This document shows positions 23,198 to 34,665 of a stretch of DNA of 64,000 nt, one piece after another. The first letter of the stretch is position 1. Each line of letters opens with the position of its first letter. The stretch comes from Balanoglossus misakiensis (lineage: Eukaryota; Animalia; Hemichordata). A model generated the notes under the pieces. The model was not told the DNA's origin, ran no database searches, and worked only from the letters and a program-made list of their open reading frames with translations. The translations under genes and the position numbers were made by a program. The stretch lies in contig CM082582.2 of NCBI GenBank assembly GCA_040954595.2, positions 11,523,483 to 11,587,482 of the forward strand, in the 5' to 3' direction.

Positions 23198-24660
23198 TCA
23201 TAGGACTTGGTACTGGGCCATGGCGAGCTCTGCCAGGGAATCGACGCTGGTGTCATCAACCATGGCTGACATCTCATCCAAGACATCTCGGACCGACTGG
23301 TAAGTGCCCGTTTTGCTGTTCACGATGATGTTGTTGTTATGGATACGCGTGTACATGCACTCGGTGGTGCGGTCATACAGCGGCGCGTCGTACTCGGAGC
23401 AACCGTCGTCCTTTGCGCTCGGCGTCGACCATTGCGATTCCTATGCGGAGAGAAATTAAAAACAAGAGAATAAGTTATAGTGTATTATAGAGGGGGCTGT
23501 ATTGTAGGCCTTGCACGGTACGGACACACCACGTGTATGAGTGAAGTTTTGCAACTACGCGTTACGGGAGTTAATGATAAGCGTATTTTTAGCGTGACGG
23601 GTCCGAAGGAAACAAATATTTTACTGCCCCCATGATAAATAAATTGGTCAGGCGGATGAGAAACTAACCAGTAACAGTGAACATTCTACTATTACAAATC
23701 GAGAATCTTTTCACTTACCCTTTTCACTTCAACATGTGAACCAGAACTTTTCTTGTGGAGATGTTGTTCGTCATCTGCAAACCAGTACAACGTTTCGTCG
23801 CAATATTCTTGTGCTTCATATGTCGTGCTCGACGGCGCTTCTTGGTCGCGGTTCTCGGCGATCCACGGAGTGCCTTGATCGATGTGCGTAGTGCTGGAGA
23901 CGCCGTTGTTGTCTTGGTGGTGGTGGTCACTTGGAGTTGTTCGGTTCTGGTCGTATTGGCAGCTGCTTGTGTAACTGGAAAAACTGCCAAATTCTTGCTG
24001 GTGGTACGGTGGGATCGCCGTGTGTTGATAATGGCTCGGGTAGCCTTGTGGTACACTCTGATAAAAATGTCCGTATGTTGGCATGCCGAGCATGAGATTG
24101 TCGCTCTGATGGTGAAGCTGGTCGTTGCTTTGGACTGGTGTCAGCTGCCTGCTGTCTACGAAGTGGGACAGGGCCTGTGCTCCACTGGTCACGTTGCATA
24201 TGATTGGACTGGAGTTGCTACTGTTCTGCCGGGCTGTGAACACACCTGTCTGCTTCTCACCTGCGGTGGTCGCCGGGGCGTCCTTGGCGAAGTAGCTCAC
24301 CAGCCTGGCCTGCATCTTCTTGATGTCCAGCTTGGAGTTCGGCTTCACCGCCCAGTAGTTGTCTTTCCCGAACGGACGCCGGAAATCCCGCAGCACTTTG
24401 TCGAACCGGCCGCTGGCGGACAGGTTGTGGCGGACGCTGTTCTTCCAGCCGACGTAGTCGCCTTGGAAACAGGGGAAGGTGCGCTCCAGGTACTCGGTTA
24501 TTTCGCGGAGGGTCAGCATCTTGGTCAGGGACGAGTCGATCGCGATGGTGATCAGCTCGACGAAGGAGAACGGCGGCTTGCTGTGGCGCGTGTAGTTCGG
24601 TCGTGTGGCGCCCCTGGTGCGAGCCTGGCGGGTACTGCCGTTTTCGTTGGAATTCGCCAT
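23198..24660 (-). CDS. Divergent forkhead-box transcription factor, FoxQ1-related (~394 aa, 2 exons)
   Basis: Exon 1 24660-23719 has a forkhead domain (YTRHSKPPFSFVELITIAI...LTLREI...[20 protein letters not shown]...KVLRDFRRPFGKDNYW). Donor AGG|GTAAGT at 23718; acceptor tttctctccgcatag|G at 23441/23440; exon 2 (23440-23198) is open for 80 codons (ESQWSTPSAKDD...LAELAMAQYQVL*). The KVLRD..RP.GKDNYW wing-1 signature matches FoxQ1. Confidence 0.88.
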
Positions 24661-24712
24661 TTTCTGGAAAGGTGTTCTTACTTCGATGTGTCTTCGCTGT
24701 CAAGCAGAAGTG

Positions 24713-24747
24713 GAATGAAGGACTCTGCAAAATCTTGCCAGTTTATA
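24713..24747 (-). promoter_or_regulatory. Core promoter of the divergent Fox gene: TATA box plus initiator-like motif
   Basis: TATAAA on minus at 24747-24742 and TCATTC at 24718-24713, ~30 nt downstream and ~55 nt before the ATG at 24660. Confidence 0.6.
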
Positions 24748-25378
24748 TGATTTTTTTTGGCCGGATTAGCATAGCTATTCACACCTCGGATTAAAAGATA
24801 AAAGGTGTGAGCAACCACCCAAGTCGGAGGAGTGGTATTTGCATAAGCCGAATATTATAATTAATTGCAAAATAATGACCCCCCTAATCGACTCCAGAAC
24901 GTGACAAGCTTGTCCCAGATCCTTTGGTCTTTGTACAGTGAAAAAAAGATTTGTCTACCAAGAAACTGACAAGGAAACCAGCAACGCGCTAAAACTCAAC
25001 CAAAAGTCAAAATCGGTCAAGAAGACAATTTCAGTGGGGGCCCCGGGGGCGGTGTAATCCAATTTTTCGTTTGAAAATCCCTTGGTTTGTTGTGTTTGTC
25101 AGTTTGAACAGGGCCAACACCTGGTGAGTTGAGAACTTCCTGTGGGAAACAATAGAAGTGGCGATGGCCGGTTGTTGTAAGCCGTGAATAAGCTTGTGTG
25201 GTTAGGAGATGCTGCACGCGACAAGTCTCCGAGTGCATTTTCGGGAAGCCGTACCTTTTCCACAAAATAGAGGGGTTGCGATTGTGGCATTCTAAGCTTT
25301 AAATGTTGTCAGTTCTCGTATTACTTTTCCAAACTTATTCTTTTGAGGAACACATATATTCAAGATCGATCATAGTGT

Positions 25379-25787
25379 TTAAGGTCACTGACAGTTTGGG
25401 AGGGATCCCTACCTCTCCACAAAATCAAATGGTCTTAAAAAACATTAAATACCTCCGGTGCAAATCGTTTTTGTGATCGGCTTATATGTTGTCAATTTTA
25501 GTCCAATATTTGGGGATCGATCGAGCAAATAACAATTGGGAAAGATATGTTTTTTTCTCGAGTAACCATGGTTGCGCCTTGTTTCTGTTCAGGGGGAGAT
25601 GACAAGAGTCATCTCATCAAATCATGTTTGCCCTGTGTACATTTCAAGTAAATGTCACCGGGGTTACATCTTAGCGTACATTCGCATCAACCGGTGACCG
25701 CGGCGACCCCCAATTTTGATTCCAAATTTTAAGAGAGACTCACCTAATTGCTTCGAGCAAAATGTGAAAAAAATAAGACTACCTTAA
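25379..25787. mobile_element. Possible ~400-bp non-autonomous DNA transposon with TTAA flanks (Kolobok/piggyBac-style)
   Basis: Begins TTAA-GGT and ends ACC-TTAA; terminal match is only 7 bp and there is no second copy in the window. Confidence 0.3.
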
Positions 25788-28700
25788 CGATGATTACCAT
25801 CCATCTACACATCTCAGCATTGTTCATGTCGGCCAATTGCTAACTGAGGATTTAGAAAAAATTCTGCGTCAATATATTTTCCCCAATTATCAAGTAAGCA
25901 GAGAAAATAAATAATTTTCCGCTTCACCAGAGTAATGTCAGCTGTTCACTTTTTAATCTCGTCTTCTTTTTTGTTTATTTTCATCGGCGCACACTGAACG
26001 CGATTTTTCGTGACCATCCGTGCAGTAACAGTATAATAAACAGTCGTAGACTCGAAGCGAGACTTCCAGCCAGGCACGACGTACATGGTTTATTTTAATA
26101 AAAATTAAAAAATTGCTTCCAGCATGAACTCAGCGGTACATCCACGCTTCCTGCTAGGCACGGCGTCGTTAGTTTATTTGTAATATAAAATGTATATTTC
26201 TATACTGCGAATAATCCCCCATTTTACCATTTCCTGAGATTTACCCGAATTGACTACAGACTCTCCCGTTGCGGAGTGGCGACGAAAGACGCGGTATTCA
26301 CGCGCTGTCATTTCATTATCGAAATTATTTAAAACACTTAGATATTGAATGGATCTATAGAGGTGTTGAAACGCCTTGTCAATGCAACCAGAGTGTGACA
26401 CGCTTCGTGACTCTGTCTTGACAAGAGAGTTCGCCGACATGACAAAGCGGATGCACTGCAGATCGTTGCCACGTGCTTTCGGGGAATGGTACAATCACAG
26501 TCCCTCCACCTGTGTGGAGCATGGGTACTGGAGGCAATGAGCGCTATCAAAACGAAGCCATAGAAATACGATTACAGCCCTCTCAATTTAGCGATTTCAC
26601 GGAAACACACGTGACGGTGTATGAAAGAATTTTGAATCTGTGTAGGAAAGTGGGTTCATACATGTATAGCCAATCTATCAAACCCACGGCAATTAGCAAC
26701 CTTGGTTCTAGTATTCGTAATCAATGTCACCCCTTTGTCATATTGGTGTAGTTTTAGTGAGCGTGCGGACTGTAATAGGCATGATACTTCCCCCAAGATC
26801 CAGGTGACGCCGGCCTTTTGATTTATTTTAGGCCTAAGAATCTAAAGCGCAGTTTCTGTATTATATCTTTGTGATGACTCGAAACCATAGACTGTTGATA
26901 AAAAGAGTCTTTCAAGACATCCTGGCGAAATTCTTAGAGTGAACCGTGAAGGCCTCTCAGTGCCATTACTGTGTTTCATGATTGTTTCGCATATCTGCAA
27001 TTTCTTTGAAATTCGGTTGTTTGGGATTCTGCTGTGTGAAATGTCGGCACGCCCTTGATCATGTTTGTCAACACAAGCTTGGTTGCGCATTGTTGTTGTT
27101 GACAAGCACGTTCACAACAATGCATTGTTACTGGTGTCAAGTGAGTTCTGTGCAAGAACAATGACGGTGTGAAGCCATTGGGCAGGTTGTGTCTTGTGTT
27201 GACACCCCAAAAGAGGGCGCCTCGAGTAGTGCAACAAACCAGGTGGGTTCAAAAGATAACCACAGATGCCGCCATGCATAAATTAATAGTATGACTGACT
27301 AGTCCAGAGTTTAAACTAAAAATAGTAAACTCATACCAAGAAAATGCCATGATGTAAAAGCCACTGAATGAAAGGGCCATGTCGAGGTGTCATCTTCAAC
27401 ACGTCTATCTGTTTGCACGAACAATATTTGCCAATCGCGCGATGAAACCAAAGTTTTTTCACCTTAGTTGTTCTTCTTTTCGCTGGTAATCATTGCAATC
27501 TCACAAAATCAATACACAACAGGATTACTAGAAGTTGTTGTTTGGCAGAGGCAAATCACACACCTTAAAATCATAAAAAAAAACGCGAACACCGTGACTT
27601 CAACTAACATTTTTGATTGTTGGTCTTATTCTTGTGGTCATGCGTTTGCATGTATTAAGGTTGGGAAAATGATTTTGAGGGTGAAACAATTTAGCCAGCT
27701 CTCCCTATGAAGATTTTATTTTTTCAGTAATTCAGTGTACAAACTCATCCACACGCTGTAATCGGATTTTGTAATTGTTGATGACATGGTATGGTATTTG
27801 TGTTTGCGTACAGATAGAAGTAATTTTTGTCTTCCTCATTTGCTAAGGAAAACTCTTTGACAGGTGTAGTGATTGACAGGTGATGTGACTGATGTACAAA
27901 TGTATTTTTTAGGGTAATTATCTACTGTGTAGTTCCTTGAAATATTTCCAAATCTACCATTTCGGTAGCCATGGAGATGAACAGCGCCACCAATTGACAG
28001 AAGTCGATTCCCTGACCTCTTCGCCCGAGGACACAGCGCAGTCAGTGGTAGAACTGGGAGAGCAAACAAAAGATATACATTAATGTTAAATTTGCCAAGG
28101 GGGCGCTATTTATCGCGATTGAAGCACGCGTGCATTGCTTCTTTATTCAGATATTGTGTGTACATATATTGAGAACGCCGGGACGTTTGTGTACGTAAAG
28201 GGCGAGTGCTCTTGGCAGGGTCCAGCGCGTGGCGCCCGACACGCATCATGGCCTGAAGGGGATTCGAGTTGATGGTACAAACGAAAGCATGTGTGCGTAT
28301 ACGACAATAGAAGTGCAGATTTAGCACAGTTCGTCTTCAAAAGTAAACATTTATTTTGGGGAGCCCGGTTCTATACCAATAACCAGAGTTTATACGGTTG
28401 TTGGATGCTCTTCTTGCTGTCAGCCATATTGTTTTGCGAACTGTACAATGACCACAAGCTATACTATTGGCGTCGTACCTTTCTTGTGATTGACAAATTT
28501 CCAGCTTTAAAAATCTTGCCAAGCTTGCTAGGGGAAGACTATGCAATTAATCACGAGGCCGTGGGTCGTTTCAAACGCGAAGTTCCGTGACTTACTGTCG
28601 CCGCTGTCGTGAGCGACTCAACAATAGTAAAGCGAAGTTTGAAGAGGATGTTTCTCTGGTGACGGTCTATTGAAGTGTCAGAGGTTATAGCAAACAAAGC

Positions 28701-31700
28701 AAACTAAAACAGTTACGAGCGCAAGAAAGGGCATAGGCGAATGAACGAAAAGAAAACACAAGTTTAATAGATCATGGACGTACATGTAATAGATTAATAC
28801 CATTGCAAATTCAACAGGAAGCCCCAGTATGATTGACGCGACTCTGTCGGCAAATTCTTTCAACGCAATATTCAAAAAACTTTTATTAGACTTGTATGGT
28901 TCACAGGCAATGTTGAAACGGGACCATCGCTTCGACAGACCCGCCGATTGTAATTCGATACATGTGATGACTTTCGTCAAACGGGTGTTCTTTGTTTCAG
29001 CATCGGAGAATACTAGCTGTCTGTCTGTCTCGGCCCTTTGAGTATACGTCATTGATATGCAATAGAACAAAAGACCAAAAAGTCATTAACGCCTCATCTT
29101 TGCAATTGTGGAAAAACAGTTGTGCATTTGAATTTGCGTAAAGAAACCGGTGCCCTTACATCATACAAATTAGTCGTTGAAATTGATATTTTGAGCTGAT
29201 TTATTTTAAAGCAGATGGGGTTATGGTTTTTGAAGGCTCTAGTTTTTTTGCAAGAGGGGTGTCGAACAATTGGTCAAATACCAGGTGGAGCGTAATTGAG
29301 GAAAGAAGTTTTTTACGCATGAATTCACGTTTAATTTAAATCGCAACATATTGTACAACGTACCCGCTTTTTTCAACCAGTGAAGTTTTTTACAATTCTT
29401 ATTGCATTTTTTGATTGCGTCCGTGCTTGTGACTGTTGACCAACCAAACGAGATTGTCTTACTCAGGAGCCCGCCCTCTCTCCCTCGTTGTCTGTTTGCC
29501 TCACTGTCTCTCTCACTCATCCTCCGTAGGTGCCCCTCTCACTCATTCACTCACTCAAAATGTCCTGAAAACAACCCGCTTCTTTAGTATAGCTCGGATA
29601 CATCCCAGTGGGCGATCAACGTTTTCACCACACAGTTTACTGTGATGACCGGTTTTAAGTAAATATTAAACATCACCTGTTGATGTGTCGATTTTCGTGA
29701 CCTATAGCCCCACATACTCGAAGAAATAGCCAGTGGAGGGACTGTGTTATATTTTACTCTGTAGTTTTACGGCGACCAAAATACTTCAACCGTAGTTGGC
29801 AGATGCTTGATAGCATAGCCCAGATCGAATAGAACTCTGTACATTGACTTGCCTCCATCAATGATGCTGTGACCTTTAAAAGCACACACCCACTGGGTGC
29901 GCAGGTTGCGCGTTCAATTCGATCAGTTTGTTACCGGTATTTGTGTTTTCACGCCATCCAATAAATCATTTTACACTTGCATCGTGAAGCCCAGCTTAGT
30001 TGAACATTCACAATCCCTCGAAATTACCCGGCGTCTTGGCTCTCCTGCAAGCCTGGCGACCCCCTCTCCTGGATCCCATACATACACACGTCGAGAACTG
30101 TGACACACACTACCAGCGAAAATTTTCGCACAGGGCGACCTCCTGCTCTATCAAGCATTGGGAGTTTTCATTTAGCAGTTGCGCGCGAATCACCGACGTC
30201 ATAAATCAAACAAAACGATTGCATACAATAATCTGTATGAAATGAAACGGATGTGTCATAAATAAACTGGTGTTTACATGCATTTTCTGTTTTCAATTAT
30301 ATTTGTGAAATTACATAGCCTGAAATAGCTCAGCACTCACTTTCGACCATAATTGCGCTGTAACACATTGCAGCGTAATTGTATATTTAGTGTTTGTTGT
30401 ACTAAAACGGTGTAAATTGTGTACCGGAAAGTTCCTCTAAGCTCCAATGGTTAGCCATGTGTTCACATTGCAACTTCGCATTTTTGGATTAACCCATTAA
30501 CACATTTTCTAAAATATGTAGCTCCTTCGAAAAACAAAGACATATGTAGATGACGTTTCAGGTGCTAAACTCCCCGGACAGAAGGTGCAATATCGGTGGA
30601 TGAAATAACAAAAAACAGGCGGCATGCTTAAAGATAGCCTTCTCCCCCGAAAGTGTTGATATAATGGGGTCTAGAAAGTCGTGTCGGCCGAATGCCCCTG
30701 CTGCAAATTCTTTTTTTTTCTGATACAAATTTGAGACGATATAATACACCCCCCACCAGACAGTTCTTGTATACCAGTATCATTCGCAGCGGGTTATTCT
30801 GGTTAGAACTCATTTTGATTTTAAAAAAAAGGTTTAATTGCAGTTTTGTCGACGTGTAACAAGGTTTGTAGTCACCAGTCTACCACGTTGTTCCTCCTGT
30901 ACCATATCTGTCCATCTGGCTTTCGAGGGAACTATTTCTCACATCCACCCATCTGAATGAAAGTGTGACGTAACGGCCTCATTAGCATAGAGCGTGAACA
31001 TCTTTGCTATTACCGTCTATGTCTCTTCCATTGTCTCCTGACAAACCCACAATTTTCACGCACTGTAGAGTTATTTCATGTGCTAATAAACAGAAGGCAT
31101 CTAAAAAAACAACAAAGCTAAACAAAACAGAAGACACGCGCAGCAACTTCACTGTGAATGTGATTGTGAAAAGAAACAGCGAGAAAAAGTGAGGCATATC
31201 GCCAGTTTATTTATGATGCAACTATTAGCCGGCCTAGGAATTGTTATAATAATGCTGGGTTGGGGCGTACGTGCAACCTTGTTATGGAAACAAACCCGCA
31301 AGCTCAAAACACGCCCTTCTCTCCGTTCAATTATGTGTAAGATGGATTTTTTGGGGGGAAGACAGACAGACAGACAGCTATTTCAGTGCATAAATTGCAA
31401 AAAAAAAACATCATCGAGACAAAGTGGGATATTCAACTCACTGCCGCGGCGGCGCACATTCGAACACCGTAGCGAGGTTACTCGCCGATTTGTGGCTAAT
31501 GTTTTGGCTGACACCAACCCCTGACCTCGGTGTTACCACGGCAACAGGGGACTTATAGTTTGCTTTCAACCCATTCATCAAGAGCCGAGATGGCAGGATG
31601 GGAAACAAACACGACAGGAGCTCTATTAATCGATGTTTACAAAACACAGTCAGTGAAATGAACACATTATGTCAATTGCACTCTGTAGACAGACCGTGAT

Positions 31701-33291
31701 CGCGCATATTTCTATCGGCTCTCTGAGCGATGTCAAAAGCGACAGCGTATTGTTTATAAAATGATAATAAAAAATGATCGCATATGAAAGAAGAGAGTGA
31801 AACTCGATTCTTTCGTCGCACACAAAACCGGACCCGTGCTTAGGTTATTGAAAAGTGTATATATTTATACACATTTCAACTACACTTTTCACCCCTTCTG
31901 AGAGTGGATTAACCCTGTCCGAATCTGTTCGCTTGGTCCAGGTCGGCCAAGTCACTTTCTGTGTACACACGGAATGACATGTCGGCAAACACAGCCCTTT
32001 GTACGGTGGTGCTGACACACCACTTTATTTTGACAGCACTTCCATTTTTTTCAAACTCGTTTTTTTTGCCAATATCGCTTTGTAGCGTTGAACGTTGCAT
32101 GGCGTTCTCATGCGATATTCGATCTGCAACACAAGTGTGTAACCGTTGTTCAAAACATGTTTTCGTACACTGGTTTACAAGGCGAAACGGTCACGACGTT
32201 TTAATTTCTTTCTTCGTCGTTTTTCCCCCCTCATTGGTCGAGTTAGCGCGAGTCCGGGGACACTACCTCGCTATCCGTTGTGACAACAAAACTCTGGACG
32301 TCCAATGTCCCGACGAGCATACATCATAGGCGGGCGGGCCCATCGCTCTCCCTTTTCAGCTTCACGTCAGACTCCTCAAGTCGGTCGTAAAATGCAAGAG
32401 CAGGAACGGTGTACGTGTGTACAGAACTCAACGCTTGATGTGTTTGTATGGTTTAAAACCAGTATTTACTTTTCTTCCGTAAACACGATCAATTTATAAT
32501 TTAGACAACAGGAGATCGGTCAGAACTTTCAGCGTTTGCAATGCGCACATAAAAACCGCGTTTATTTTCCCCAAAAAGATCAGCCGGAATGGAGAAAATA
32601 TGCTGAAATGTAACAAAACGGAATCTCAGAAATAATAAAACGCTGCTCAGAGATACAGATTTACAGATGTGTACCCGCACATAGAAAACTGCCTCAAATT
32701 AATAAATAGTTCCAAAAATACCACTGCGAGTTTCAAATATTAACCATTCGCTACCGGGCATCCATTTAGTACACAATTCTACATTCAAATAAATCCTGGT
32801 GGAAAATAGTAAGGAGGAGGGGGGGGGGGGGCTTATTATATGAGGAAAAATTCGCCAAACGGGTACAGTTATTCTTGATCCAGCTTTCGATTTTGAAAAA
32901 AAAACAACAAGAATATTTATGATAATTTGCACAACGGATGTCACAACAACGCCCACCAAGCTGTTCACGCCATAGGAAAACTTATCACATGGCTAGGGCG
33001 GTCATAATTTATTTGACAGTAGCCACGCCCATTGCAGACAGACAGCCTCAAAAAGCCAGCTTCATTCTTTGCAGCGTTGGCCATTTGGAAGGTAACTTTT
33101 TATATATATATAAACATAATGCCTCCAACACTCGACGTGTGAGCTGCAGGAAGGTGCCTCTACGAAAGTTCAACCGTCCACTTGAATCGAACTTAGTTTA
33201 TTTGAGGGAGCGAGAGGAAAGACCCAACTATCTATACTTCACACAAGTTATTATATTGTTCGTCAGGTGTATACAGGAGTCCCCGCGCTCG

Positions 33292-33299
33292 TATATAAA
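33292..33299 (+). promoter_or_regulatory. Candidate TATA box of FoxQ1
   Basis: TATATAAA ~120 nt upstream of ATG 33418; another (TA)n-TAAA run at ~33100-33114 is an alternative. Confidence 0.45.
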
Positions 33300-33417
33300 C
33301 AGTGTGTGATATCGGAACTCGAGTGCCCGCTCCCGATAAAAGTCCGATTGCTGCAGACGGCTCATTTTGAAAAAATAGCTGTTATTGTTTTTACTCCATC
33401 GAATTCCGCAGACGAAG

Positions 33418-34665
33418 ATGTTGGATCCGCGAATGCCCGACGATTCGGCGACGAACCCCCACGCGGGGCAGTCACCGAAGGACGACGAGATGGAGGATGT
33501 GGTTGAACACGACTCCCAGATTTCAGGCAGCAAACACAACAACGATCCGGGCGATGCTGAGAGACATATGCCCGTTACTGGCGGAGGAGAAAATTCAACC
33601 GTTTCCTCACCGTCCAAGGTAGGGACATCCGGACAGACGACGTCAACGACGACGACGGCGGCGACGGGGAAGCCGACCTATCACCGCCATCCCAAGCCCC
33701 CGTTGTCGTACATCGCTCTGATTGCCATGGCGATACAAGAATCGCCAACCCAGAAACTAACCTTGGCCGAGATTAATGACTATTTGATGAAGAAATATCC
33801 GTTCTTTCGCGGCAGTTACACCGGTTGGAGGAACTCTGTACGCCACAATTTATCCCTGAACGAGTGTTTCACGAAAGTTCTCCGAGACCCCTCGCGACCA
33901 TGGGGCAAAGACAACTACTGGACCATAAACGAGAACAGCGAGTACACTTTCGCGGACGGCGTTTTCCGACGCCGCCGGAAACGGATCAACCGCAAAAGAT
34001 CCAAGGCGGACAAGCGAAGCGATCAGACGGCTTCGATTGGTGACGGTGCCGGCAAGAAGTTCAGCAGCCCGTTCGCCATCGATAACATCCTCGGCAAAAC
34101 TGTGGACGAAAACGCTCATCTGCTGCAGGCGGACGCTGCCAACGTGGTGATGACGGCACCGTCTCACGGAGCCTGGCCCAGTAGGATAGTCAACACCAAC
34201 GGAATCGAGCACCAGCGACTGATTCTCCAGCACCACCACGAACTTTACGAGCGAAGCAAACTGCTGGGATATGCCGTCTCCGGCGCCGGAATCAGCGCCG
34301 CACTTGTGAGCCCCGCCGCTGCCGTCAACAGCCAGGCGTACCACCACAGCCTCCTAGCCCCGTACTACCACGGACTCTTACCGCCGGGCTACCGATACCC
34401 GGCCCTGGAGGCCCTGCAGCACCACGTCCGGGCTCAAGCTCACCTCGCCAAAGCACAACTACCGCCACACGCCGCCCGGCACCAGGCCCCGCTCGCCGCC
34501 GCCGCTGCAGCCGCTGCATCCTCGTCCTCGTCCTCGTACCACGGCCTGATGCCCGAAGATTTGAGAGTCAGCACACGACAGGCCAGGGAAAATGCATCAA
34601 GACCGTCGAATCTCCTGCATCGGATTGCAGTGAACAGTTACAGTGTCGAGAATTTGATATCTTGA
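33418..34665 (+). CDS. FoxQ1: Forkhead box protein Q1 (intronless, ~415 aa)
   Basis: [14 protein letters not shown]...[55 protein letters not shown]...[16 protein letters not shown] is near-identical to the FoxQ1 subclass domain; eh1 motif FAIDNIL at 34072-34092; Ala/Ser/His-rich C-terminus. First ATG is 33418 (the ORF track starts at a TTG). Confidence 0.96.
   Translation: MLDPRMPDDSATNPHAGQSPKDDEMEDVVEHDSQISGSKHNNDPGDAERHMPVTGGGENSTVSSPSKVGTSGQTTSTTTTAATGKPTYHRHPKPPLSYIALIAMAIQESPTQKLTLAEINDYLMKKYPFFRGSYTGWRNSVRHNLSLNECFTKVLRDPSRPWGKDNYWTINENSEYTFADGVFRRRRKRINRKRSKADKRSDQTASIGDGAGKKFSSPFAIDNILGKTVDENAHLLQADAANVVMTAPSHGAWPSRIVNTNGIEHQRLILQHHHELYERSKLLGYAVSGAGISAALVSPAAAVNSQAYHHSLLAPYYHGLLPPGYRYPALEALQHHVRAQAHLAKAQLPPHAARHQAPLAAAAAAAASSSSSSYHGLMPEDLRVSTRQARENASRPSNLLHRIAVNSYSVENLIS

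Noticed and set aside
23198-24660. Firm assignment of the minus-strand gene as FoxH1
   Set aside because: Wing 1 matches FoxQ1 (GKDNYW rather than KGNFW), helix 3 is NSVRH rather than DSIRH, and there is no PPNKS Smad-interaction motif; cannot be settled without a phylogeny.
23755-24750. 331-aa plus-strand ORF antisense to the Fox paralog
   Set aside because: Shadow ORF from codon bias on the opposite strand; no domain, Val/Leu-rich mirror composition.
30271-32485. Forkhead-site cluster (TGTTTAC at 30271, 31634; GTAAACA at 32479) implying autoregulation
   Set aside because: A few 7-mers across several kb of AT-rich DNA is not clearly above chance.
25000-33300. Many 60-130 aa ORFs between the two Fox genes and in 35-53 kb
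   Set aside because: No domains, no consistent splice structure, composition typical of translated non-coding DNA.
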